Shown piece after piece: positions 1 to 14,152 of a stretch of DNA of 64,000 bases. Every line of letters begins with the position of its first letter. The stretch's first letter is position 1. The notes beneath the pieces were generated by a model. That model saw nothing but the letters and a program-made list of their open reading frames with translations, was not told where the DNA came from and did no database searches. This stretch comes from Camelus dromedarius (Eukaryota), in assembly GCF_036321535.1 (NCBI RefSeq), contig NC_087436.1, positions 105,278,001 to 105,342,000 of the forward strand, written 5' to 3'. Position numbers and translations under genes: made by a program.

Positions 1-59
1 TTACATCTCCCTGAAGCTAAGAACAAGTTCCTTTTATCTTTCCCTGACCAATTACATAA

Positions 60-370
60 AAGAAAAGCCTGTATGCTATGCCTGCCTCTGCTTCCAACTC
101 CTATCCCTCAACTTTGACTATCACCTTTCAGACTCTCCCCTAAGACCACCGGTCTTCTCTCCGAAGGCCCATCGCAGTCCTCATGCTACCTAATGTCTCT
201 GCAGCAACACACTGCTCTCTATCACCTCCCTCTGGGAAATTCTCTTCTATGTGGTTTTGGAGATATTGCTCTCAAAGTTCACTTTCTGTCTTTTAAGCCA
301 TTTCTCTCATTTCCTGACTTTTCCTCTGGTTTTCAACATTACCATTCCCTTACTCAGTCCTTTCTCGCCT
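60..370 (+). mobile_element. Degraded L2 LINE fragment
   Basis: Pyrimidine-rich stretch resembling the L2 RT region (gtcctcatgctacc...tctctgcagca...tcacctccctct...ggttttggagat). Recognised by eye. Confidence 0.45.
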
Positions 371-833
371 TCATTTACTAAATGTTCACGAAACATTTAT
401 TGAGTACCTATGTACCTCACATTGCCCTAGTGATGTATTTGCTCACCATCATTTCCCCGGTGATAGCAAACACTGCATGGCTTCCACTTACCAAGGTGAC
501 ATTTTAAAATGATATCCTTAATACCAATTCCTCTTTCAAGTTCCAAACCCTTAATCCCCAACTGTATGCTTGGTAAAAATTTCCAGATGTACTGTAGGCA
601 CCTTAAACTTGACACTTTTAAAATGCAATTTGCATATAGATTCCAAACTATTAGAGGAAAGAAGTAAAAGAAAGACATTTCAAGTCAGCTCAATTAAAGA
701 CAAGAAAGGAAAAAAAGAAAAAAATGAAATTCATGGTAAATAGAAAAAAAAGATAGCAGGAAAAGTTCAAACACATCAGTAGTTTATTGAGACTTAAACC
801 AGAGTTAAGTGTACCTATTAAAAGAATCTCAGA

Positions 834-2979
834 GAAGTATATAAATAAGAATTTCTGGTAAAGATGGCAGAGTAGTAGGACCACGAGTTCGCTTCTCCTC
901 AAGACTACAACAAAACCACGACTGACTGCTAAACAACCATTGGAAAAAAAAAAAAAAACTGGAACCAAGCAAAACAGATCTTCTTCAACTGGAAACATAA
1001 AGAGAGAACCATAGTGGGATGGTCGGAGGGGTATGCTCGCGATATAATTGGGCTCCAAACTCCCCGGGTGGGTAACCCACAAGCTGAAGAATAATTAAGT
1101 TGCAGAGGCCCTCCCACAGGAGTGAGAGTTCTGAACCTCACATCAGGCTCCCCAGCCCAGGGTTCTGGCATTGGCAGAAGGAGGGGACCCCAGGACATCT
1201 GGTTTTGAAGGCCAGTGGGGCTCAACTCCAGGAACCCCATGGGTCTGGGGGAAACACTTCATTCTCTCGGGAAGCATACACAGAGTCTCGCGTGTGCCAG
1301 GTCCAAGGGCAGAGGCAGTGATTTCATAGGAACCTGGACCAGACCTGCCTGCTGGTTTTAGAGGGTCTCCTGGGGAGGTAGGGGATGGCTGCAGCTCACC
1401 CGGTGGACATAAAAGCTGGTGGCAGGCATCCCGGGAGTGTTCATCTACATGAGCTTTCTTGGAAGCTGACATCTTGATTGGATCATTCACACCAAGACCT
1501 AGCCCCACCCAACAGCCTATAAGCTTAAGGGCTGGGAAGCCTCAGATCAAACAATATACTGGGTGGGAACATAGCCCCACCTATCAGCAGACTTCCTGAG
1601 CCACAAACACTTCTAGACATAACCCTAGACACAGCCCTACCTACCTGAGGTCCAGGAACAAGCTTCACCCCACAGTGGGCAGGCACCAACACCTGCCAGG
1701 AAACCTGCATAAGCCTCTAGTCCAGCCTCATCCACCAGGGGCAGATGCCAGCAATGAGAAAATAATAATCACAAAGCCTGTGGAAGGAGTCCACTAACAC
1801 AGGCCAGACTCTACCCTGGGACAGGCTGGACACTGGCCCTTGGGTGACAGAGAGAAGCATACTGCTGGGACACACAGGATGTATCCCACAGAGAGGCACC
1901 TCTCCAAAGTCGAGGAATGTAACTAACCTGCCTAAAAATACCAATAGAAAGGTAGACAACATGAGGTGGCAGAGGAATATCTCCCAGCCTGAGGCACAAG
2001 ATAAAATCCCAGAGGAAGAAATCAGTGATGAGGAAATACGCAATTTACCTGAGAAAGAGTTTAAAGTAATGATGGCGAAGATGTTCAGAGAACTCAAGGG
2101 AAGTATAGATGCGCAGAGTGAAGTTCTTAGCAAAGAGTTGGAAAATATAAAGAATATCCAAACAGAGTTGAAGAATGAAATCACTGAAATGAGTAACACA
2201 ATAGAAGGAACCAAGACTAGACTAAATGAGGCAAAAGAATGGATCAGTGAGCTAGAAGACAGATTACTGGAAATCACTACTGCAGAACAGAAAAAAGAAA
2301 AAAGAATGAAAAGAAATGAGGATAGTTTAAGAGAACTCTGGGACAAGATGAAGCGCACTAATATTCACATTATAGGGGTCCCAGATAGAGAAGAGAGAGC
2401 GAATGGATCTGAGAAAATTTTTGAAGAGATAATGACCAAAAACTTCCCCAACTTGGGAAAGGAACCAGTCACCTAAGTCCAGGAAGCTCAGAGAGTTCCA
2501 CACAGGATCAACCCAAACAGGAACATACCAAGGTACATAGTAATCAAATTGACAAAAATTAAGGATAAGGAGAAAATATTAAAATTAGCAAGAGAAAAGC
2601 AACAAATAACATACAAGGGAATTCCCATAAGGTTATCAGCTGATTTTTCAGCAGAAACTCTATAGGCCAGAAGAGGGTGGCACGATATATTTAAAATGAT
2701 GAAAGGGAAAAACTTACAACTAAGAATCCAGCAAGGCTCTGGTTCAGATTTGATGGAGAAATCAAAAGCTTCAGATAAACAAAAGCTGAAAGATTTCAGC
2801 ACCACCAAACCAGCTTTACAGCAAATGTTAAAGGAACTTCTCTAACCATCAAACCATAAGAAAAGGGAACAAAAATAAGAAAGAGAAAAAAAAAGACCTA
2901 CAAATGATTGCTTTGGCAATTTGGGGTCTTTTATGGTTCCATATAAATTTTGGAATTGTTGCTTATAAAAAAAAAAAAA
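834..2979 (+). mobile_element. L1-derived ORF1-only (half-L1/HAL1-like) retroposon, antisense to PI4K2B intron 7
   Basis: L1-type 5'UTR with YY1-like AAGATGGC at 861, ORF1 1961-2845, no sense ORF2, poly(A) 2967-2979. TSD aaaagaatctcaga at 820-833 and 2976-2989 at a TT/AAAA endonuclease site. Confidence 0.85.
1961..2845 (+). pseudogene. Disrupted L1 ORF1p (coiled coil, RRM, CTD)
   Basis: MRWQRNISQ...EFKVMM...LRELWDKMKRTNIHIIGVP...IFEEIMTKNFPNL. Stop at 2474-2476, then QEAQRVPHRINP...IRLSADFSAETL, stop near 2661, frameshift near 2727, ending ...KPALQQMLKELL*. Confidence 0.93.
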
Positions 2980-4654
2980 GAATCTCAGATTGGGTAAAAA
3001 AAAATCTCCAGCTAAGAGCTGTTCATTTGTAATACACTTAAAACAAAACGATGGAAGTTAAAAATGAAAGTATAGAACAAAACAGGTAAATGCTAATAAA
3101 AAAGAAATGAGGTATAGCAATGTTACAACAGATGAAATAAGAAAAGCAAAAAACATTGTAAGGGATAAAGTGGGATATATTCTACACTAATAAAAAGAAC
3201 AAGCCACCAGCAAGATAAAATGTTGGGCCTTTATGTATGTGAAATACAAAGCAAAAAATGCACAGAAATGCCAGAAGAAATTGACATCACAATCACAATG
3301 ACCTTTCACTGTCTCTCAAAAATTAACAGATCAAGTGGTCAAAAGTAAGTCAAGAATATGATTTGACTAACAACTAACAAGCTTTAATTAGTAGAGATAC
3401 AGAACTTTGTGCCCAAACACATTCTTTTCAAATACAGTTCTCCAAATTGGCCATATATAAAATTACAAAAGAATTATTAACAAATTTCAAGAAGCAGAAT
3501 TCATATAGTTACATTCACAGATTATAAAGCAATAAAACTTGAAAATAACAATGGATGGCTTTTTTTAAAATAAATCGACTGACCTAGAAATTTAAAACCA
3601 AACAAAATACTTCTAAATTATTCCTGTCAAAAAGAAAGTCTTAAAATATGAATATGTAAAAGTAGAACGATAGAGTAACACCTATTCAATCTGTGGTTTT
3701 GCAATGACACCTAGAAAAATATGCACAGGAAAACAAAACAGGATGAACACAATAGAAGAAAAGAATAATGATGGAAGACATAAATCAATGTAAGAGAAAA
3801 AGCAAATAAACAAACTGCAAACCTGATCAATAAAAGGCCAATTATCTGATAAAAGCAAAAACAAATTTTATAAATATATATACGGGCCGATTCTTTATAA
3901 TAGACAAATCTTGGCAAGTCTATTGAAAAAAAAATCCACTCATAAACAGTAGGAATTTAAAAGAGACATAGTCATGAATACAGAGATTAGTTTACAAATC
4001 TATTACACATGTTTCAAACATACACAAAATTAAAAACAACTAGTATGAACTTCCATATTCTGAATAACCTAATTCAATTATTCCCAAAATTTTCACAAAA
4101 CTTGTTTCATCTATTTCCATTTTCCCTCCACTTAAATATTTTAAGGCAAATTCCAGATATCATTTCATTTCACCCCTAAATATTTTATATGCACAGAGGG
4201 TATTTTTGAGGATATTTTTTTAATCATAAGAGAATTCTACAAAAAAACTTTATAGCCATAAATCACAACTCAAGATAACATGGGTAATTTTAAGTAACAT
4301 AATAATGTCTAAAACTGACTCAAGAAGATGTAGAAAACCTGACCATTAACCATAAAAGAGACGGATAAGGCAGACACAGCACTACTCACTATTAGGAGGA
4401 GGTAGGCCTAAATTGTTTTAGAAGTGACTACTACCCAGAACATTAAAATAAAATTCTACCAAAATATTAAAATAGATCATTCCCATGTTACATACATTTA
4501 AAAACTGAAAAGCTATCAAACTTATTTACAAGACTAACACAAGCCCAAAAATTAAAACCATAGTCATCCAAAAATAAGGAAACAACACATGGCAAGACCC
4601 ACAGAGTGCAGCGCACATCCCTAGTGCCTAGAATTGAGCCCTAACGAATAATTA

Positions 4655-4864
<210 letters not shown>

Positions 4865-5769
4865 CTAAAAGGGAGAAAAATAGTCTGTTGATAAAAAAAA
4901 TTTTTATGAACATTTCTAAAAGATAAATTTACAATAATTACTGAGGTTTAAACAAATTTTATTTGAAGAGCCTATAAAAATTAAGTTGGCAGAAAGAATT
5001 TACCCTTTAAGGGAAGAAACTGTCTTCAGTAAAAATTTCATAATCACTTTTTTTAAAATTTGGTATTACACATTTATACAGTAATAGTTTTAAGTTTTTT
5101 CCTCTTTGGGGAAGAGGGTTTGGAATTACTAAGACAAAAAAATGCTGTTAGATGTATTTCTTAAGTGTATATTTGCAAAATGCTGGTATTTTTAAGATCT
5201 CAACAAAGTTACCTTATTAAAATCAAGTATTTCCTCAGGTCTCATAGAAATAATTAGTTCAAATACAAAATATTTCTAAATAAAACTCCCCAACAACCAC
5301 AGCTAAATATAATAAGGTCCAGTAGAAGGAACCTCAAGATACTCTTGATTACAGGATGTAGGCCAATTCTAACCTCTAAATTCTTCTCAGAAACGAAGAC
5401 CTCAGGAGTAAGAGAATTTTCACTCCTTCCTACTATCTATTCCTATTATCTAAAAACAGATGCTTGCCATTCTTAAGTCGCCTAGACAAAACAACAAAAG
5501 GTGAAAAAAATAATTTTTAAATTAAAAGTATTAGAGTGAAGGACCATGTGATATATGCCAGGATTGTTTCTGCTAGTTTATATCAAATATTTTATCTTAC
5601 TGAAAATGTATAAAATACTTAGAGCAAAAGAACAAAGTTTTCAGTAAAGTCCAACTGCTTAAAATATACCAATAAAATATATTTAGGAACTATTATAAAT
5701 GTGTATATTTTTATGTGTATTTTCAACCCATTTCTGCTGTAACTGCCTTTTATTTTTATTTCTATCTTT

Positions 5770-6085
5770 TTTTCTATTTACAACTTTATTGAGGTATAAT
5801 TTACAGACAGTAAACTCTATATATTGAAGTATACAATCTGAGAAGCACTGACAGATGCGAAACCACCCAGAAGTTTCCTTGTGTCCCTTAGCAGTCCCCT
5901 CCCACCACAGGCAACCTGGCCGCTTTCTGTCACTAGGGATTAGTTTGCACTTTCTAGATTTTTGTATAAAAGGAATCAGATAGTATCTCCTCCCCTTTTG
6001 TATAGCTTCTTTCACTCAGCAGGATTTTGAGATTCATCCATGTTATCATGTGCATCAAGTTTGTTCTTTTTTTTATTGCTGAGTA
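5770..6085 (-). mobile_element. Old L1 (L1M-type) 3' end
   Basis: tttacaactttattgaggtataatttaca...gagattcatccatgtt...ttttattgctgagtact is the reverse complement of an L1 3'UTR. Confidence 0.8.
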
Positions 6086-6872
6086 CTATGAATATGTAAC
6101 TTTAAATTTATTTGATGAACACTGAAAACTACAAACTTTTTACAGGGATACAATAGCTTTAAATTATTAGAATACACAGATTGTAAACATGTCAGAAATT
6201 TTTCTTAATTGGTTAAAACTTTCTCAAATGTATAAACTGCTTTAACTAGTAAAATTATTCTGAAAGTATCTTTTATGTACATATCTGAAATTTGAACTTG
6301 GGGAGTCAAAGTTCATAGGAGTGAATGTAAAATCTATCATTTTGACAGCGTTAAGGGTCTTTGAAGCCTATTATGTGTGTGAAAACCTGCTTCTTATAAA
6401 CAGAAGTATATTTTTTTAAGTTCAGTGGATATGATTCACAGGTAAAGCACACGTATTCCACTTTATTGGGTAATTCTGTCATAAGACTCAGAAAGAAGTG
6501 AATTAGCAAAATATAAACACTTTGGCAAAAAAATACTAGAAGCCTTTATTACATAAAAGCAAAATAAATCTGGTGGTTCTACAACAAATTTCCAAGCCCT
6601 AAAAAAGAACTGAGCTGATATCATTCTTCTATTCTAATACAACATACAAATTAAGGCTGCACAGAGATTTTAAAAATAGAATAAAAAATGCAATGTGAAT
6701 AGGGGGAGGAAAGAAAAAAATGATAAAAACATCAAGAGAGATAAAAAACCAAGGATCTAAGTGAAGGAAACGAGGAAGTAGTGAAGAATAACTTAACTTG
6801 AAGGAATGTTTTACAGAAATTGATAGTGTGTGTGTATTCAGATACATACATATTAATTTAAAATTTCCTTAC

Positions 6873-6934
6873 CTTAATTTCCTTTTCATGTTTCTGCTTT
6901 TCATATTTGATTAACCAATTGTCATTTCCCCTGT
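6873..6934 (-). CDS. PI4K2B: PI4K2B exon 6 (D-RGNDNWLIKYEKQKHEKEIK)
   Basis: Acceptor ttgaaag|AC, donor AAG|gtaagg. 62 nt, catalytic loop DRGNDN. Confidence 0.95.
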
Positions 6935-7369
6935 CTTTCAAAACAAACAAACAAAAAATCTGTTACTTCATTTTTTATGGACATCAAGCTTAATATTAAG
7001 GGAAAAAATCTAGTCACCTCTTTACTGTCAAGACCTTAACTTGTTTTTTGTAGCATGTTGACACATTAAAGGCTCCAATTTAACACATACAGATTAAGAA
7101 ATACTCAATAAATGTTAGCTAACATTTATTGAGCATTTATTCTGTGCCAGACATTGTTTTAAGTGCTTAACATGTATTAATTCATTGAATTCTTATAACC
7201 ACTTTGTGAGGTAGGTACAATTACTGTCAAGAACTATTAAGTCAAGGTAATTAAAAAGGATAACTTCTCTTCACCTTAGGAAGAAAAAGCATCTACCCCT
7301 ATTACCAGGCAAATTTCCCAATGGGCTTTACCTAATATCTATATAGAAGATAGATAGAGTCTGCACCAA

Positions 7370-7828
7370 TTTTTTGTTAATTGAAGTATAGTTGATTTAT
7401 GATATTGTATTAGTTTTAGGGGTACAGCAAAGTGACTTGGTTATATAGACATATCTTTTTTCAGATTATTTTCCATTACAGGTTATTACAAGATATTAAA
7501 AATAATTCTCTGTGCTATATAGTAAATCCTTATTGCTTATCTATATTATGTATAGTAGTTTATATCTGTTAATCCCATATTCCTAATTTGCCCCTCCCCA
7601 CTTCCCTCTCTCCTTGGGTAACTGTTAAGTATTTTTTTCTATGTCTGTGAGTCTGTTCCTTTTTTGTACATGGATTCATTTGTACTATTTTTTTAGATTC
7701 CACATCTAAATGATACCATGTAATATCTGTCTTTCTCTGACTGACTTCACTAAGTATATTCTCAGGTCCATTCAAGTTGCTGCAAATGACAGTATTTCAC
7801 TCTTTTTCATGGCTGAGTAATACTCCAT
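7370..7828 (-). mobile_element. 5'-truncated artiodactyl-type L1 3' end
   Basis: ttaattgaagtatagttgattta...tgtgctatatagtaaatcc...tttagattccacat...atggctgagtaatactccat. Confidence 0.85.
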
Positions 7829-7942
7829 CAGACTCCACATTAATTTTAACATTAACCTAAGACTATATGATTTAAAAAGGTAAATCTAAAAAAGTATATA
7901 ATGCTTTTTCAGTAACTAATATAAATGAAAAAATATTTCAAC

Positions 7943-8103
7943 TAGTGTTTCTCAAACTTCAGAGTGCACCAGAATTACCTGGAGGACTTGTTAAGACACA
8001 AACTGCTGGCCCCACATTCAGTAGGTCTGGGGTGGGCATTTGTAACAAGTGCCCACATAATACTGACTCTGACTGTCCAAGGACCCACATTTGGGAATCA
8101 TTG
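7943..8103. mobile_element. MER5A-like hAT DNA transposon
   Basis: agtgtttctcaaactt...ccagaattacctggaggacttgttaa...ggacccacatttgggaatcattg. Confidence 0.75.
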
Positions 8104-8502
8104 TTTTGGATTACCTATGTCATTGCTCCCTTCCAGCACAAAAAAAATTAAGAGTTTAATGTATTTATAGACTATATTAACAGTCATTTAATGTCAAAAT
8201 AAGCATTTAAAATAATTTATACAATCAAGTTTTAATTATTCATATTATGCAGATAATATTTCCAATTTCCAGCAGGCTTTGTCCTGCTGCCAAGAAACTC
8301 CCCTCTAGGGACAGGAACTGACCACTAGCACCTGGACAGAAGCCTACTCTGAGTCAGAATCCCCATAACAGGATTCATTCTGCCCAGGAGAGTCAGTACT
8401 ACATCTCTGTTTTTTCAAGCAGGTAAAGAAAAAGTGGCCTCAAATTACTGCAACAAAATTTTATGTCTTTGATTCGGATAAACAAGAGTTCAATATAGTT
8501 TA

Positions 8503-8700
<198 letters not shown>

Positions 8701-9849
8701 CTATAATGTTAAGAATTACAGTTAGAAAAAAAAACACACAAGAACAAACGGATTACTTTTTATATTTCTCAGCACTGTTATCACAAAATACTTTATTTAG
8801 ACACAATAAGAAAATAGAAGTTAACACTAATTTAGATAAACCACATTTATCAGAAAAAGATTTCTATACCCTAATTTTACACAATCACATAAAGAATACA
8901 TAGCAAATAAAAAATGCTCAATCTTAGACTTTCAAGGAGCATAGAAGCTATTTTAGGATAATTTAAAAAGAAAATACACATGTGCCCTCAAGGTGAGAAT
9001 CTCAACAAGAATGTTATTTTCTAAAAATATTCATTAAAATTAATTTAATTATAAAGACCAAATTTTACACCTATCCTAGTTATTTAATAACAGTACAATG
9101 TTATCTTACTGAAGTAATACTTCAGGATTCTTTTTACAACATAAAATATAGAAAATAGTTTTATTTTTTAAAAAATTAATTCTTTAATCATAACCTCTAT
9201 AGTGTTTTTTTTTAAAAGTCCTTTCCTTGAAGATATATCTGTTTTATAAGGCTTTCTATCACTAAAATGACTAGTTGTTAACATTAAACAATTTTTTAAA
9301 GAAGGAAATACAAATTTATACAGCACAGGACACACAGGTAATGAACGGGTAACCTAGCTAGCCTCATAAAAAATCACCACAAAGAAAATCTATCTCTTAT
9401 CATAACACTTTACGTCCTTGTTGGCATGAAATTTTAATGATTTCCTAAATGTCTTCTCTAAAGCACTTATAATGAAGTTCTAGTACTCATAAGTACGGAA
9501 ATAATATACTTCTTTAGTCACACTTATTTCAGTGTAGCTAAGGAGTAAGAGGCCTTGTAAATTTTTTCAAACTTCCTACTTACTTAGAGGACAATATTAA
9601 AGACAAGTTAGGTTAACTATGTATTCCTACTCAAATTCTTTTATATAGATAAATGTATAGCGACAACAACACAACAGAATTGAAGGTCAAATATATTTTT
9701 TTAAATAATAATACAGCCTAGATGTTTATCTAGAATGCTCTTCTCATTAACCCTCCCCATCCTTGCTTAGCTAGTTGCTAATCATCCCTTAAGTTTACTT
9801 TAAAGTGATAAGAAAAAACAAAATCTAATATGCAGTGAGTAAACTTAAT

Positions 9850-10040
9850 TACTACCATTTACTATGTGCCAGGTACTATACGTACCAAGTACTTGTATAA
9901 ATTTATTCATTTTATTCTTGCAACCCAAAGACGTAGTTCTTCTTATCTCTGTTTTATAGAAACTGGGGCTTGGAGAGTAAGGGACTTGCCCAAGGTCTCA
10001 GAGCTAACAGGTTTGGAGTAAAACCTAGTACTTTCAGACA
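9850..10040 (-). mobile_element. MIR SINE
   Basis: tactatgtgccagg...ttttatagaaactggggc...acttgcccaaggtctcagagct, MIR core. Confidence 0.7.
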
Positions 10041-10255
10041 CTGCTTTATGAAGCCTTAGGAGCAACCTCTTCTTGGAAATTCCCTAGCCCTCCAAACTGG
10101 GTTAGACCACCCTCCTCTAACCTCTCTAAGCTCCCTGCACATGACCATCCTGACAGCTTTATCACTGCTTGCTACAATAAGCTCCTGAAGATGGAAAGAC
10201 TGTTCTTACCAGTACGTCCACAGCCCACCACACAGTGCCTAGCATGCAGAACTCA

Positions 10256-10438
<183 letters not shown>

Positions 10439-11047
10439 CTAGAAATGAACAGTTTAGAAAAGTGGCTATTAGAATTTGCATTATAGTATTTCTAGTCACA
10501 TACACCATGGAACTCACTCTAGTGCTGTAAACTAGCAAAGTTTAATACTATACTAAATGCTCTGGAGAATCTAAAACAGAAAGGATAAGGGATTTTGCAA
10601 AGTTGCTTAAATAGCACACGTGTATTTCTCTCTCAGAGAGGCAGCCTAAAACTGACCAATGGAAGAAAGAAGCAAGTCTTGAAAGAAGCAAGTGGCATTA
10701 GGAACGAATATTTTGAGGCGATCTTCAAGTAAAAATGTATAAAGGCCAAACCAGAAAAAGATAGCAGTCTTCTGAGCATATTAGTTATCTCTACCTTCAA
10801 CAGAATTTCTAGATCCTTGATTTTTTTTTTTTTCTGCTTTCTAAATGCTAATTCCCTCTCCTCTTTTCATTAGCATCACCTCAGCTCACACGAGCAAGAG
10901 ATATTCCCCTGGACATTTTGTGGATCTATACTAGAATCAGCTTACTAGGCATTCTTGACTCTGGTTTACCAAAAAAAGGGATGCGACTTCAGACTCTGTC
11001 ATTACAAATATTACTGAAGTGTTCACAGGGAAGGCAGCTGTAAATTA

Positions 11048-11281
<234 letters not shown>

Positions 11282-11477
11282 CTATAGGGGAGAAAAGGGA
11301 GAAATTTTATTAGACTTTTAATATACAGAGATAATAATCCATAAAATGCATTCTGATCTTTTTCTACTTTTTTCTACCACAGATTTGGGCATAACCCTTA
11401 ACTATTAAGAGGTTTAGTTCCAATTACAGTTTTACACTCATTCTCATTCATAACCTAAAATCAATAATCCTCTGGCC

Positions 11478-11656
11478 TAATGGTTTTCAAACTGTGCTCT
11501 GAGAAACCCTAGGGAAGGTGAGAGAAAAGGTGTGAGCAGGGCTCTAAGACCCCATGCCACTTAACCAGATCGACTCTGATTTTACCTGTTTTACGTTACT
11601 GGACTTCCTAGTTAAGAAAGGGTTCCACTGATTTTAAAATGTTTGAAAACCCACTG
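11478..11656. mobile_element. hAT/Charlie-type MITE
   Basis: Terminal inverted repeats taatggttttcaaac ... gtttgaaaacccactg. Confidence 0.6.
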
Positions 11657-12872
11657 ATCTAGGTCAAACAGTATTATTATTCAATATCTATTAAATATCT
11701 AAACTCTATGTTTATTTACTGTCTACTTTCCCCAGTAGATGTACATTCTAAAAGGGCAAGGACTTTCTTTGGTAGGGCTATATCCTGAGTACTCAGAACA
11801 GCAGCTTGTACACAGTAGGCATTCAAGTATTTGTTAAATGAGTAAATCCAATGACAAAAAGTCATCTCTAAAATACAGTCATAATGACAGAATCTAGGGA
11901 CATCTATGTTGTCAGATTCTCCCACCCTAAATTTTTCCAGTTTTTTTTTTTTATGAACTAATTTTAAATAAACTCCTCTTTAAAAAACTGCTCATGGATG
12001 TCTAAAGTCTATAATCTTTATTACTGATCTGATAAAATATATTCATATTAAGTTTAGAAGCTAAATTATCCTCAGACAAGAAATAAAAATCTTATTGTAA
12101 GTATATGATTGTTTTATAAATGCAATAAAGTCTGAGTCACTAATGAAAAAGTCAACAAAAACAAATTAAGAAATCAAACTTGGAACTTAACATTATCTCC
12201 ATATATATTTAAATTTCAAAAAAGACTATGTTTTAAAATACAACTTCAGTCTTTGCAAAAAATATTTGGATGAAATTATCATCTTTTTTCTCCTGAAAAA
12301 AGAACTGCTGGCTATGCATCATTCAGAAAGCTTTTAGAAATGATAATACATATTTTTGAAAAATTCTAGACAAAGTAGAACAAAATCCCATATCAACTTT
12401 TCCTTTCTGCCTTAGAATTATACTTTGGTTCATTTCACTTTGTCACATTCCAGTGCCTTCAAACTTCAGACTGCCCAGGCTCCTTCTGTTATAATGCTGG
12501 GAAAAAATGTTCTGAAGGTAAAATAAATCTTTGAAAAAAAAATCAAGCACTTTGAAATGATATTAAAAAGGTTCTGAAAGTTTAAACTTCTACTCTGCTT
12601 GGTTACTGTAAGGAAAGGACTTGTGAATATAAACCCAACAAATCTACAGCTGAATGTTAACATTCAATAAATACTTGAAACCATATTATTAATGAAACAG
12701 AAAACTATGACTTAAAATGAATAGCTCTATTTTTAAACAGTAGAGTCCTTTAGTTAAAAATAAACTGACATTTATTTCTGAAAAGAAGGTGCAATCAGAT
12801 TTATTAGGAAAATATTTTCAGAAACTCACAATGACTTCACATTTAAATTAGTGTTTTCCAAAATGTCTGTTA

Positions 12873-13142
<270 letters not shown>

Positions 13143-13689
13143 TTAGGTTATTAGCATTAAGACATTTAGGTACAGAAAATGTATTGTTATGGGCTGGTTT
13201 GATGCTCCTTTTTTTTTCTCTAACCCCACTTCAAGCTTCAAATAATGCCACTTGGGAAAGAAGATCTCCTCGGTTGAAATAATCACACTAATACCCTCCC
13301 AGTGACTGTGTTCTTCATCCTGCCTCAGCCTCTGTCTGTAGTCCTTCTTCAGACCTGTCATTCCCAACACCTGCAACTTCTCCATACTTTCCATTTCAAG
13401 CACCTTCTATTTTCCTACTTCATTCCCTCTCACACTCAGAGTCCAAAAACTCTTCCATCCCACTAGCACCCATAGCACTGATCTACCATATGCCATCAGG
13501 GTCTTCACCTACTTTGTGTCCCTACTTCCCTCCTTGGCCAGCTTACATTATGGTTAATCATCATACAGTCACTCTCTCCCCTCACCACCCTGCATCATGG
13601 TCACCTGGAAAAGCCCCATACCTGGTAAAAACCAACCTTCTGCTGACTCTGCCTGTGCCCAGAGAGCTGAACCTGACTAGACAAACACC

Positions 13690-13729
<40 letters not shown>
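13690..13729. repeat. (CA)n microsatellite
   Basis: About 19 CA units seen directly. Confidence 0.95.
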
Positions 13730-13731
<2 letters not shown>

Positions 13732-13814
13732 ATGCCTCGTGTCTCCCTTTCAGTTCATCACCACAAACTTCAGGTGGCCCCTCATGTTGCCCAGGAAACA
13801 TACCACATTCCTGT

Positions 13815-14152
13815 TAGAGACTGTTTATGACTCTCCAAAATACACCGAAGCCTTAACCCCCCAATGTGATCATACAAGGAGATGGATTCTTTGGGAAGTA
13901 ATTAAGTTTAGATGAGGCCAAGAGGGTGGGGACCTCATGATGGGATTAGAGCATTCTCTCTCTCTCTCTCCCTCTGCCAAGTGAGTAAACAATGAGAAGG
14001 CTGCCAACTGCAAGCCAAGAAGAGAGCCCTTCCCAAGAACGTGGTCACCCTGGTGCCCTGATCTTGGACTCCTCAGCTTCCAGAACAGTGAGAAATAAAT
14101 GTCAGTTGTTTCAGCTACCCAGGCTAGGGTATTTTGTTAAAGCAGCCTGAGT
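13815..14152 (+). mobile_element. MLT1A-like MaLR LTR
   Basis: ccttaaccccccaatgtgat...tttgggaagtaatt...atcttggact...agaaataaatgtcagttgttt...gcagcctgag. Confidence 0.8.

Larger units (their letters stand above)
690..4560 (+). mobile_element. Ancient L1M ORF2 5' (endonuclease) region, split by the younger element at 834-2979
   Basis: Removing the insert rejoins ...cctattaaaagaatctcagattgggtaaaaaa..., typical of the start of L1 ORF2. A-rich decayed ORF2-like sequence continues to about 4560. Confidence 0.65.

Noticed and set aside
1731..1745. CTCF-like site ccaccaggggcag in the L1 5'UTR
   Set aside because: One G short of the CCACCAGGGGGC core spacing.
1844..2476. 210-aa ORF as a host gene or intact ORF1
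   Set aside because: It is the first part of L1 ORF1, cut by a premature stop. The rest carries another stop and a frameshift.
6873..6890. Exon 6 about 2 codons shorter than human (from recall)
   Set aside because: In-frame change in a poorly conserved loop; unremarkable.
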